Shown piece by piece: positions 41,889 to 50,806 of a stretch of 64,000 bases of DNA. Position 1 is the stretch's first letter, and every line of letters starts with the position of its first letter. The stretch is taken from the NCBI GenBank assembly GCA_963777605.1, contig CAVZRV010000011.1, forward strand, positions 416,001 through 480,000, in the 5' to 3' direction. A model generated the notes under the pieces. The model worked only from the letters and a program-made list of their open reading frames with translations. It made no database searches and was not told where the DNA came from. The position numbers and the translations under genes were made by a program. Origin of the DNA: an uncultured Acidobacteriota bacterium. Its GTDB lineage: Bacteria > Acidobacteriota > UBA6911 > RPQK01 > JAPXNP01.

Positions 41889-42060
41889 TGAAGCCCTCCT
41901 TCTGTCCAGTGTTTGACGTCGGTTCTCAAGACCTCAATTTCAACTACTCATTTTCAAACGCCAATGCGCCAAGACCGCCAAGCTTCGCTTGAGCTTCAAA
42001 ACCAAGGAAATCTTAGCGTCCATATGCGACTTTGCGGTCAAATCACCTGCGACAACTCTC

Positions 42061-43327
42061 TCAATTGGAATGATCCGCACCCAGCGAAGGGGCCTCCGGG
42101 TTTACTTCCGGCCCGAAATATCGCAGCACGACCAGGTCCTCGCAGGCGGAGGTGTTCTCGAAAACCACGCCTTCGCGGGCCGCCGATTCAGTGCAGAAGA
42201 CTTCGTCCCGGGTGATGTCTTGGAAGCGGATCATTTTTGGGCAGTCTACGGTTAGCTGGTTCATTCGTCCCTGTCCCTGGACCACGATGAGACCGTAGGC
42301 CCCGTTGTCCTTGATCGTGCAGCGGACGCCCGGTTTGACGGTCAGTTCCTTGGCGCTGAATTTCTGCTCCCCCTTGATCCGGCCGTAGACGACCCACAGG
42401 TCCACAAAGCCCTCGGATTCCGTGTCGTCTACCGGAACTGGGGCGAGGAAGTGGTTCTGCTTGAAGTGCGGATCCACGTTCGACTCCCAGTCGAACTGAT
42501 CGACGATCCAGTTCGAGGTCCCGGTGCCTGTCGGCCGGCATGTCCTTGACGAGCAGCGACCAGGGCACTTCCCTCCCCTCGACCAGGGACTGGTACATTC
42601 CGAAAACGTCCGATCCCCACTGGGGCTCATAGGTGCAGAGCGAACCCGGCGCGTGGAGGATGCAGGGCGGAAGCAGCCAGCCCGTCCCAGGCTGGAGCCG
42701 GTAGGCCGCCGACAGGTCAAGGATGCCGTTGTCTCCCGAATTCCAGTTCTCGAGGGAGCGCCGGACATCCTCTTTGGTCGTCCCCGGGGCCAGCCCGAAG
42801 AAGGTGTAGGGGAAGTTGTTTCCCACATTGTTGTGCTGGGGCGGGAAGTAGTAGGACTCGGGCTTGCCTTCCTGCCCGACCAGGGCGGCCTGTTCGTCGC
42901 TCTGATGCATGTGGTGGGGAATCGGGCCCATGTTGTCGAAGAACTTGCTGTAGACCGGCCAGCGCTGGTACTTGTTCCAGATCGACTGGCCGATGAGTTC
43001 TGTCCCGAGTTCCGAGATGGCATCCTTCAGCAGGACCCGCTGGGACCCGTGAAGTACGTAGCTCAGCCCCTCGTCGGGAACCCGTCCTTCATTGGCCGCC
43101 TCGGTAGTCGACGCAAACCAGCGTTCGTCGATCCCGCCTCGGTCCAGGCCGTAAGCGTAGAGATCGCGCGGATCGAGCTTGAGGCGCTTTCCGGGCTGGA
43201 GAAACGACCGTGGAACCCAGTTGGGCAGCAGAGGCAAAAGCCCCCCGTTTGCTTCCAGGGCCGCCTCGATGACTCCTTTGACATTCTTCGATACCGTTTC
43301 CAGCTCTTTTACCGACGTAGGACCCAT
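42061..43327 (-). CDS. Cupin / mannose-6-phosphate-isomerase-like protein, one-base frameshift at ~42512
   Basis: IDERW, KFFD..PIPHH.H, GKPESYYF, LHAPG..YEPQ..SD; removing one A in GACCTCGAACTGG restores DLDWIVDQFDW and joins ORFs 42188..43327 and 42061..43023. Confidence 0.7.
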
Positions 43328-43356
43328 TCAGGCACTCCTTTCCATTCCGGAAAAAC

Positions 43357-44157
43357 TCAAACACTGCAAATCTCTTTGGCTTTCTTCAGGCTCTCCAGCG
43401 GCTCGCCGGTGGGCATGAACTCCTGACCGACGAAGCCGTCGTAACCGGAGGTAGCAATTGCTTTCATTATGGGGTGAAAGTTGATTTCCTGCGTTTCATC
43501 CGGCTCGTGACGACCGGGACTTCCGGCTACATGGTAGTGCCCGACGAGGTCTTGGTATTCCTCGATCCGGCGGATCACGTCTCCCTGCATAATCTGGACG
43601 TGGTAGATGTCGAAGAGCAACTTCAATCGCGGCGACCCGACTCTTCGAATGATCTCGACGCAGTGCTCCAGGCTGTTCCCCTGGTACCCCGGATGCCCCT
43701 TCATCTCCTCGTCCACCCGGGTGTTCAGCATTTCGAGGCAGAGAGTGACTCCTCTTGCTTCAGCCAGACCGACAACCCGCTTGTATCCGGCCACGCAGTT
43801 CTCAATTCCCTCTCCGTCTGGAATGTCCTCCCGGAAACCCGTGAAGGTAATCACGTTGGGGAACCCCGCTTCTGCCGTTAACTCGATCGCCGCCTCCATC
43901 TTGGCGATACACTCGTCATGGTATTCCGGGTTGTTCATTCCCCGGTCGAACCAGTGACTGAGGGTCAACCCGCAAACCAGGCCGTGATCCTTGAGAACTC
44001 CCCAGGCTTCGGGATCCACCAGTTCCACGCTCCCGAAACCCAGGTTCTTCGCATGCACGCAGGTCTGTTCCAGGGACCAGTAGGGCTCAAAACACCAGTA
44101 AGCAACCGAGTGATTGATCCGACCCGAGGCCGGTTGTGCTGTAGCCATAGAACTCAT
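43357..44157 (-). CDS. Hydroxypyruvate isomerase (Hyi)-family TIM-barrel protein
   Basis: LE.LN, HPGY, LKLLFDIYHVQIM.GD, HYH.AG.PGR.E, VGQEF.P; RBS AGGAAGG before ATG 44157. Confidence 0.85.
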   Translation of the reverse strand: MSSMATAQPASGRINHSVAYWCFEPYWSLEQTCVHAKNLGFGSVELVDPEAWGVLKDHGLVCGLTLSHWFDRGMNNPEYHDECIAKMEAAIELTAEAGFPNVITFTGFREDIPDGEGIENCVAGYKRVVGLAEARGVTLCLEMLNTRVDEEMKGHPGYQGNSLEHCVEIIRRVGSPRLKLLFDIYHVQIMQGDVIRRIEEYQDLVGHYHVAGSPGRHEPDETQEINFHPIMKAIATSGYDGFVGQEFMPTGEPLESLKKAKEICSV

Positions 44158-44390
44158 CCACCGCCTTCCTGCCCAAATACTAAATTCAGGGCGTGCAATT
44201 GGCAATGACTCGTAGGTCGTTCCTAGTTTCTGAGTTTCGGGTTTCTGGATGAAGCCGCTGCCCTGCAACGAAATCGCAACCAATCCAAATACCCGGAACC
44301 AGGAACCACGAAACCCACAGGGACGGTTGTCCTACCATTTTCCACCGAACCGGGGGATACTTACTGGAAAAACAACAGAGGGGGCTGGAA

Positions 44391-45761
44391 ATGAAATCTG
44401 GACCGACCACTTCCGAAGAACAGGGCAAGACTTCGAGACGGGAATTTCTCACCCGCGCGGCCGGAGCCACGGCCGTCGCCGGCCTGGCCACGAGCCAGTC
44501 GATCGCCCGGGGGGCCTACGCGGCGGGAAGCGACGAGTTGAAGATCGCGCTGGTGGGATGCGGCGGCCGGGGAGCCGGCGCCGCCGGGGACGCGCTCGGC
44601 ACCAAGGGAGCGGTCAAACTGATTGCCATGGGGGACGTTTTCCCCGACCGGATCAAGCGGAGCCTGACCGCCCTCGACGAGGTCGAGGAGATCTATCGTT
44701 TCCTCGACGTCCCGCCCGAGCGCCAGTTCGTCGGATTCGACGCCTACAAGAAGGTCCTCGAGACCGACTGCGACGTCGTCATGCTGGCGACACCCCCGGT
44801 GTTCCGTCCCCTCCACTACGCCGCGGCCATCGCTGCCGGAAAGAACGTCTTCATGGAAAAGCCCTGCTGCGTGGACGGACCCGGTTTTCGCAGCTTGATG
44901 GAGACCAACAAGCTGGCCGAACAGAAGGGACTGAAGGTGGCCGTCGGCCTCCAGAGGCGCCACCAGAAGAGCTACCTCGAAGGGATCAAGCGGGTCCACA
45001 GCGGAGAATTCGGCGACATCATCCTGATTCGAACCTACTTCAACATGCCCGGGTCCGGTCCCAACTTCAAGTGCAAGCCGGCCGACATCAGCGAACTGGA
45101 ATGGCAGATCCGGCGCTGGGGGATGTTCACCTGGGGAAGCGGCGATCACATCGTCGAACAGGCGGTCCACGAGATCGACATCGCCAACTGGATCAAGCGG
45201 GACGAGCCGCCGGCCAAGGCCAATGGCATCGGCGGGCGCCAGGCGCGGATCGGGTGCGGCAACGGTCAGATCTTCGACCACCACTTCGTCGAGTACACCT
45301 TCGCCGACGGCACCAAACACTATGCCCAGGCCAAGCAGGAGCCGGGCGGGTGGGCTCACGTTTCGGACAACATCCACGGCACGAAGGGAAACTTCACCGT
45401 CGGTTCCGGTCCATACGGCATGGGCGGCAGCGCCGACTACGCGGGCGGAGAGGGACGGGCCCAGAAGATGGCAACCATGGGCAATCCCTACGTTCAGGAA
45501 CACCAGGATCTCCACAATGCCATCCGGAACGGCACCCCCCTTAACGACGGCTGGCACGGCGCCAAGAGCAGCATGACAGCGGTTCTCGGGCGGATGGCGA
45601 CCTACTCGGGCGAGGAGGTCACCTGGGAACAGGCCACCCAGTCCGAAATGGAACTGGCCCCCGGTCTGGCCGAAATGACCCTCGAGAGTGCACCCCCGGT
45701 TCTTCCCGACAAGGACGGAAACTACCCGATCGCCATGCCGGGGACGACCAGGGCGTTCTAA
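44391..45761 (+). CDS. Tat-exported Gfo/Idh/MocA oxidoreductase
   Basis: SRREFL twin-arginine signal; ALVGCGGRG.GA, ATPP.FRP, FMEKP, VGLQRRH, GDHIVEQ.VH.ID. Confidence 0.9.
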   Translation: MKSGPTTSEEQGKTSRREFLTRAAGATAVAGLATSQSIARGAYAAGSDELKIALVGCGGRGAGAAGDALGTKGAVKLIAMGDVFPDRIKRSLTALDEVEEIYRFLDVPPERQFVGFDAYKKVLETDCDVVMLATPPVFRPLHYAAAIAAGKNVFMEKPCCVDGPGFRSLMETNKLAEQKGLKVAVGLQRRHQKSYLEGIKRVHSGEFGDIILIRTYFNMPGSGPNFKCKPADISELEWQIRRWGMFTWGSGDHIVEQAVHEIDIANWIKRDEPPAKANGIGGRQARIGCGNGQIFDHHFVEYTFADGTKHYAQAKQEPGGWAHVSDNIHGTKGNFTVGSGPYGMGGSADYAGGEGRAQKMATMGNPYVQEHQDLHNAIRNGTPLNDGWHGAKSSMTAVLGRMATYSGEEVTWEQATQSEMELAPGLAEMTLESAPPVLPDKDGNYPIAMPGTTRAF

Positions 45762-45835
45762 AAATTTTTCTAAGAAACCCCTCCCCTCCTGCGTTGACAG
45801 GGTGAACGAGGAATTCGATGGGAGGATCGACCGGA

Positions 45836-46366
45836 ATGGCGGATTCGGAATGGCTCAGAAAAGCGCTGGACGATTTCGAAACCCCGCTGATCCGTTACGC
45901 ACGCAGTCTTCTGGGCGATCTCGACCGGGCCCGCGACGTCGTCCAGGAGACCTTCCTCCGCCTCTGCCAGCAGGAGCGCTCGACCGTCGAGGATCACCTG
46001 CCCCAGTGGCTCTTCCGCGTCTGCCGTAACCTCGCCATCGACCTGTTCAGAAGGGAGGTTCCCATGCAGACCGTAGACGGCACGACCGCCAAAACACTGC
46101 CGGCTCAAGACCCTGATCCGGCGACCCACCTGGAGGCACGTGAAAGGCTCGACCGGGTTCAACGTCTCCTTTCGGGCCTCAGTAGCAACCAGCAGGAAGT
46201 GGTGCGGCTGAAATTCCAGGATGGCCTCAGCTACCGGGAAATCAGCGACATCACCGGACTGTCGGTGTCCAACGTCGGATTCCTCATCCACACCGCAGTC
46301 AAAACGATCCGCAGCCGCACCCTGGCACAGGAAGCGGCCCAGAACCGGATGAGGAGGGTGAAATGA
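45836..46366 (+). CDS. ECF RNA polymerase sigma factor
   Basis: L.RYA..., ARDVVQETFLRL, WLFRVCRN.AID, L...QQEVV.LKF..GLSY.EIS.ITG.S..NV. Confidence 0.92.
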   Translation: MADSEWLRKALDDFETPLIRYARSLLGDLDRARDVVQETFLRLCQQERSTVEDHLPQWLFRVCRNLAIDLFRREVPMQTVDGTTAKTLPAQDPDPATHLEARERLDRVQRLLSGLSSNQQEVVRLKFQDGLSYREISDITGLSVSNVGFLIHTAVKTIRSRTLAQEAAQNRMRRVK

Positions 46367-48912
46367 AGCACGAATTTGATGAATCCAGACTCACCGCCTA
46401 CGTGCTGGGTGAACTGGATGAGAACGATAGAAAAGCAATCGAACAACAGCTCGAATCGTCCCCCGAATTGAGAGCCGAAGTGGAGGAGATCCGCCAAACG
46501 GTGGAGTTCATCAGCGCCGAGTTCGCAAGCGAGGAACCAGCCGTTCTGACCGACACCCAGCGTGGCACGATCGAGTCAAAGGCCGGCCTGGGACGCCGCT
46601 TTTCCTTCCCCATGCGCTACCGCTGGGTGGCCGCCGCAGCTGCCGCCTGCGTCCTCGTCGCTGTCACGCTGCACTGGCAATCCCCGGTCATCGCCCCGCC
46701 CGAGAATCCAGTCCAGCCTGCAGATTCCACGAGCCAACTACTGAGCGCCTGAGGTCTCCCGCACTAGCCGGGTCGCAAGCAACCGGCGCAGGAGAGACCA
46801 CCAGCGACCTCGTCCGTCCATCCGACCGAACGGGCCGACAGCGGAAACAACCGGTCAGAACATGAGAGAAGTCCGACACCGACTGATGGAATACGATCTT
46901 GTCAGCGCAAGCCCACGGCGACTCAGAACCGACAGACTCAGCAGGAACGAAACCTGAAAGCAACCGTCGGTTCGAAGGAAGATAGCTCGAGCGGCTGAGC
47001 AAAATAGAGGCACGCCTCAGACCGGTGGCCCGACTCGCCGGTGTCTCGATCTCACTCAGAGGTAAGGTGACTGACGAGGCAGGGTAGCCGTCAAGCTGAA
47101 GTCCGACGAAGATGGCAAGTTCGAGAACTCATAAGGGCGATCGAACGCCGGTCTGCAACTCGGCCGGTATACTCGAAGCCACGATGCCGGGTTCAAACGC
47201 TTCAGCCAGTCAGTTGAGCTGAAACGTGGATCAGGTACTAGATGTAAACCCGACTCTCAAGTTCGGTGAAATGACTGAGGCTGTCATCAGTCACCGGCCC
47301 GGCCCCAGGACGAACCGTCGCGAACGCGAAAGGTTGGTCATACTCCAATCGCGAGGCGACTTGGGGTCGCCGGACTGCTCAGATGCCACAGATAGCGAGA
47401 GATCAAGGCCGAAGCACTTGTGGTGCTATAGCCTGGCGATGGAGCTGATGCTCCCAGGGCCCGGTACCCGCACCCGACTTCAACACCGAGGCCTACGACC
47501 GCATCCAGGACAACCCGTTCATCCGGGTCTCCCAGGATCCCCTGTCCACCTTCTCCATCGACGTGGACACCGCCTCCTACTCCAACATCCGGCGCTTCTT
47601 GAACGACCGCACCCTGCCGCCGAAGGACGCCGTCCGGATCGAGGAACTGGTCAACTACTTCTCCTACAACTACCAGCCCCCGACCGGGTCCGTTCCCTTT
47701 GCCGTCCACCTGGAAACAGCAACAGCTCCCTGGAGCCCAAAGCATCAGCTAGTCCGCATCGCGCTGAAAGGAAAAGAGATCCCCTTCGAAGAGCGCAAGC
47801 CGACCAACCTGGTCTTCCTGATCGACGTCTCGGGCTCGATGCAGCCCGAAAACAAGCTGCCGCTGCTGAAGCGCTCCCTGCGCCTGCTGGTGGACAAGCT
47901 GGGCGAAAACGACCGGGTTGCGATGGTGGTCTACGCCGGGGCTTCCGGGCTGGTGTTGCCTTCGACGAGCTGCAGCCAGAAGGAGAAGGTGCTCGAAGCG
48001 CTGGACCGCCTCGAAGCCGGCGGCTCAACCAATGGCGGAAGCGGTATCCAGCTGGCCTACAAGGCAGCTGACGAGAACTTCATCAAGAACGGCATCAACC
48101 GGGTCATCCTGGCCACCGACGGCGACTTCAACGTGGGCACAACCAACCAGGGCGACCTGACGCGGATCATCGAAGAGAAGGCCAAGTCGGGTGTCTTTCT
48201 GACCGTGCTCGGGTTCGGGATGGGGAACTACAAGGACTCGAACCTCGAGAAGCTGGCCGACAAGGGCAACGGCAACTACGGCTACGTGGACAGCCTGCAG
48301 GAAGCCCGCAAGCTCCTCGTCGACCAGATCGGCGGAACCCTCATCACGATCGCCAAGGACGTCAAGATCCAGGTTGAGTTCAACCCGACCAAGGTCGAAG
48401 CCTACCGGCTGATCGGTTATGAGAACCGGATGCTCCGCCACCAGGACTTCAACGATGACACCAAGGATGCCGGAGAGATCGGCGCCGGGTTGACCGTGAC
48501 CGCCCTTTACGAGGTCGTCCCCAGGGGCGTCGACATCGACATCCCCGGAGTGGACCCGCTCAAGTACCAGAAGCCGGCGGAACCATCCCGCTCGACGACT
48601 TCGAACGAACTCCTGACCGTCAAGCTGCGTTACAAGGAACCGGACGAGGACGCCAGCAAGCTCCTCGAGTTTCCGCTCAAGGCATCGGGAGGAAGCTTCG
48701 ATCAGGCCTCGGCCGACTTCCGCTTCGCGGCCTCCGTGGCCGCCTTCGGGATGGTCTTGCGCGACTCGGAGTATCGTGGCGACGCGACGTTCGACACGGT
48801 CCTCACCGAGGCCGAAGGGAGCCTGGGCCCAGACTCCCAGGGCTACCGCAAGGAGTTCGTCAACCTGGTCAAAAAAGCCCGGGCCATCAGCGAACTGGAG
48901 GCCATAAAATAG
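46363..48912 (+). pseudogene. Anti-sigma (N-term) + TM + carboxypeptidase-regulatory-like remnant + YfbK-type vWA/DUF3520 protein, disrupted between ~46750 and ~47450
   Basis: 46363..46752 anti-sigma start (LTAYVLGEL..., TM RWVAAAAAAC); frame open from 47449 gives FNTEAYDRIQDNPF..PLSTFSIDVDTASY, NLVFLIDVSGSM, LATDGDFNVG, DAGEIGAG; the middle has multiple stops/indels. Confidence 0.7.
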
Positions 48913-49002
48913 GATAGCCGTCTCCGCTTGTCGCAACGGAGGACGAGCTGTCCCCGCGTGTGTCTCGTGGCCCACGCCGCCGAACCAGGCAGCGAGCAAT
49001 TC

Positions 49003-49105
49003 CAACCCCGTCAGGGGTGGCATGGAGTAACCCAGGACATAGCGAAGCGCAGTCCTGGGTTACTCCCCCCGAGCACCCAACGAAGTCCCGCTCCAGCGGG
49101 ACGAC
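49003..49105. repeat. REP-like palindrome cluster with a perfect 15-bp stem
   Basis: GGAGTAACCCAGGAC (49024-49038) / GTCCTGGGTTACTCC (49052-49066); flanked by ACCCCGTCAGGGGT and GTCCCGCTCCAGCGGGAC. Confidence 0.7.
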
Positions 49106-49226
49106 ATTCCCGAGGCCGATGCGTCGCCTCACGATCTCAAATCCAGACCCGGTCCCTCGAGCCGACACCTCCACGACAGCACCGATTCCACGAGACAACC
49201 TGGAAGGATTGTCCTACCATGCAGCC

Positions 49227-50264
49227 ATGCGCGCTCTGTTTATCGGCTTTGGAAATGTGGGCCGTGAGATCGCCCGGATTCTCACCCGAGACCGGGATCG
49301 TTATCCCCGGATTCAGAGGCTCAAACTGGACGTGGTGGCCATCACCACGCGGTCCCGGGGCGCCTTGATGGCACCGGCCGGACTGAACCTGGAACTGGCT
49401 CTTCAGGCTTTTGAAACTCACAATTGTTTTCCCGCCGACAACCCCTTCTTCACCAATTTGACATCGGAGCAGGCGGCCAGTCGGCTCGAGTACGATGTGC
49501 TGATCGAACTCTCTACGCTGAACATCGAAGGCAGGGGAGAACCTGCCGCCAGCTACATTCGCACCGCCCTGGAACGGGGCCGGCACAGCGTCAGCGCCAA
49601 CAAGGGACCGCTCGCCTTCCACTTCAAAGACTTGACGGCTCTGGCAAGCGACAGGAACAGACAACTTCTCTACGAATCGACCGTGATGGACGGCGCGCCG
49701 TTGTTCAACCTCCACCGCAACTCGCTTCGGGGATGCAAAGTACTCGGTGTCGAAGGGATCCTCAACTCCACCTCCAACTTCGTCCTGACTCGAATGGAAG
49801 AGGGAAAGACCGCTGCAGAGGCGATCAGGCAGGCTCAGGAAGCCGGGTTCGCAGAGGCCGACCCGAGCTACGACCTGGACGGTTGGGATGCCGCCGCCAA
49901 ACTGGCGGTCATCGCCAATAGCCTGCTGGACATATCGATTACCCCGTTCGACGTCGAGCGGACCGGTCTCGGGCAACTCTCCGATCAGGAAATCCGGGAA
50001 GCCCCTGGCGGGGGTTTCCACTGGAAACAGGTTGCCCGGCTCGAGAGTTCAGGAGAGGGAGCCCGCGCGGCGGTGATGGCCGAAAAGGTGCCGCTCGATC
50101 ACCCGTTCGCACACGTAAACGGGCCGGGATCTGCCATCATCCTGAGGACCGACCTCCTGGCGCCGCTCCTCATCCAACAGCTCCACCCCACCCTCTCCGA
50201 CACCGCCTACGGCGTCCTCAACGACCTCCTGGAAATTGGTGACACGCACCTTATTAACTCGTAA
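49227..50264 (+). CDS. hom: Homoserine dehydrogenase (short form, no ACT)
   Basis: IGFGNVG, SANKGPLA, YESTVMDG.P, GILNSTSNF.L..M, AQ..GFAEADPS.D.DGWDAA.K. Confidence 0.9.
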   Translation: MRALFIGFGNVGREIARILTRDRDRYPRIQRLKLDVVAITTRSRGALMAPAGLNLELALQAFETHNCFPADNPFFTNLTSEQAASRLEYDVLIELSTLNIEGRGEPAASYIRTALERGRHSVSANKGPLAFHFKDLTALASDRNRQLLYESTVMDGAPLFNLHRNSLRGCKVLGVEGILNSTSNFVLTRMEEGKTAAEAIRQAQEAGFAEADPSYDLDGWDAAAKLAVIANSLLDISITPFDVERTGLGQLSDQEIREAPGGGFHWKQVARLESSGEGARAAVMAEKVPLDHPFAHVNGPGSAIILRTDLLAPLLIQQLHPTLSDTAYGVLNDLLEIGDTHLINS

Positions 50265-50518
50265 ACCACTTCCAAATAAGCGTTTTCTTCAAGGTCTGGC
50301 ACCAATTTGCCCTGAACGGCGTCTACTCTGAAGATCGCGCCGGAATTCACCTCATCATGGGAGTCAGTCGGGTTGCGGAGTCCAATCTGATCCAGCTGGC
50401 CTCTTCGATACTGGTCGGACCGCTTGTCTCCGTCACCTCAAAAATGGTGCCAGACTCAAGAAAATTCCCTTTTTCGGCAGGCACTTATAAATTCAAAAGG
50501 TGCGTGTCACCGAAATTA
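50233..50518. mobile_element. MITE/REPIN-like element with ~75-bp composite inverted arms
   Basis: GGTGACACGCACCTT (50238-50252) / AAGGTGCGTGTCACC (50497-50511) and GTCTGGCACCA (50294-50304) / TGGTGCCAGAC (50445-50455), each arm with a 41-nt internal spacer. Confidence 0.6.
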
Positions 50519-50806
50519 AGGACGGTGGGAGCGGTACTTGACGCCGTTTCGGGGTTTTTCCATCCAGTCGGCCACCGTGTCGCGCCACTTGAGGTAGTGA
50601 GTGGCCTGCTTGTGGGCCGCCGCTGCTTCCTCCGACTCGTAGGCTTCGTAAAGCAGGAAATGCCCCGGATCGTCCATCGACTGGAGCACGTCGAAACGGA
50701 GGTTTCCCGGTTCCTCGACGGAACCCAAGTGGTTCTCGACACTGGCGCGGATGAACTCCTGGATCCGCTCCCTCTTGACCTGAACGTGAACGCAGTTGAC
50801 TATCAT
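50516..50806 (-). CDS. ABM-fold protein, LsrG-like
   Basis: V.VK.E....F..A...N...S..EPGNLRFDVLQ..DDP..F.LYE.Y....A...HK.T.HY..WRD.V..WM..PR. Confidence 0.85.
   Translation of the reverse strand: MIVNCVHVQVKRERIQEFIRASVENHLGSVEEPGNLRFDVLQSMDDPGHFLLYEAYESEEAAAAHKQATHYLKWRDTVADWMEKPRNGVKYRSHRP

Noticed and set aside
47226-48071. 281-aa ORF overlapping the vWA gene
   Set aside because: Mostly an off-frame reading of the vWA coding region; only its first ~20 codons may be a remnant of the disrupted upstream domain.
50297-50310. TGGCAC-CAAT-TTGC sigma54-like site
   Set aside because: Spacing is one base short of -24/-12, it lies inside an inverted-repeat arm, and it faces no gene start.
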